This document shows, in pieces, positions 63,878-64,000 of a DNA stretch of 64,000 nt; the first letter of the stretch is position 1; each line of letters starts with the position of its first letter. The notes under the pieces were generated by a model, which saw only the letters and a program-made list of their open reading frames with translations, searched no databases and had not been told where the DNA came from. The stretch spans positions 40,149-104,148 of IMG/VR virus record IMGVR_UViG_3300025889_000083; one strand, given 5' to 3'. This DNA comes from a virus. Made by a program: the position numbers and the translations under genes.

Positions 63878-64000
63878 AAACATACGAAATAAATGGTAAA
63901 AGAGTTACCTTTCCAGAAAGTTGGACAGAAGAACAATGCCAAGCATGGATTAAAAAGGCAACTGGAGATCTAGTGCTTCGCAGAAATTTAAGAATGATTA
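63874..64000 (+). CDS. hypothetical protein (truncated by window end)
   Basis: ATGA overlap; open to end. Confidence 0.45.
   Translation, partial: MKTYEINGKRVTFPESWTEEQCQAWIKKATGDLVLRRNLRMI

Overview
64 kb of a lytic, T5-like (Demerecviridae-like) siphophage, probably marine and infecting a Gram-negative host; the host-protein binding motifs point to a gammaproteobacterium (inference). 1-32 kb (minus): tail fibres and accessory proteins, a lambda-type tail tip (M-L-K-I-J), tape measure, a frameshifted chaperone pair, T5-type tail tube and neck genes, a fused prohead protease-major capsid gene, portal, HNH nuclease and TerL. 32-44.5 kb (minus): a ~12 kb insert between terL and terS with many small basic proteins, a hydroxylase, a methyltransferase and a tightly coupled iscA/iscU-csgF-csgG-curlin-like-FecR-CHASE2 adenylate cyclase operon. 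44.6-51.5 kb: a gene-poor region where T5 has its terminal repeat and pre-early genes. It holds DnaA boxes, a Fur box, an SlmA-like site, a thrice-repeated 14-bp palindrome, promoters whose -10 box lies inside an inverted repeat, a GGA-rich CsrB/RsmZ-like sRNA candidate and a ~1.15 kb promoter-to-terminator unit with no credible ORF and many nested helices. That unit is the best candidate for an undescribed large ncRNA. 51.5-64 kb: early genes (TraR/DksA finger, MazG, A2-like), a further structured RNA candidate, ribosomal protein bS21, Hsp20, lysozyme and spanins, and a 2OG-oxygenase/JmjC/glycosyltransferase cluster. All calls come from reading the sequence by eye; no searches or folding programs were run.
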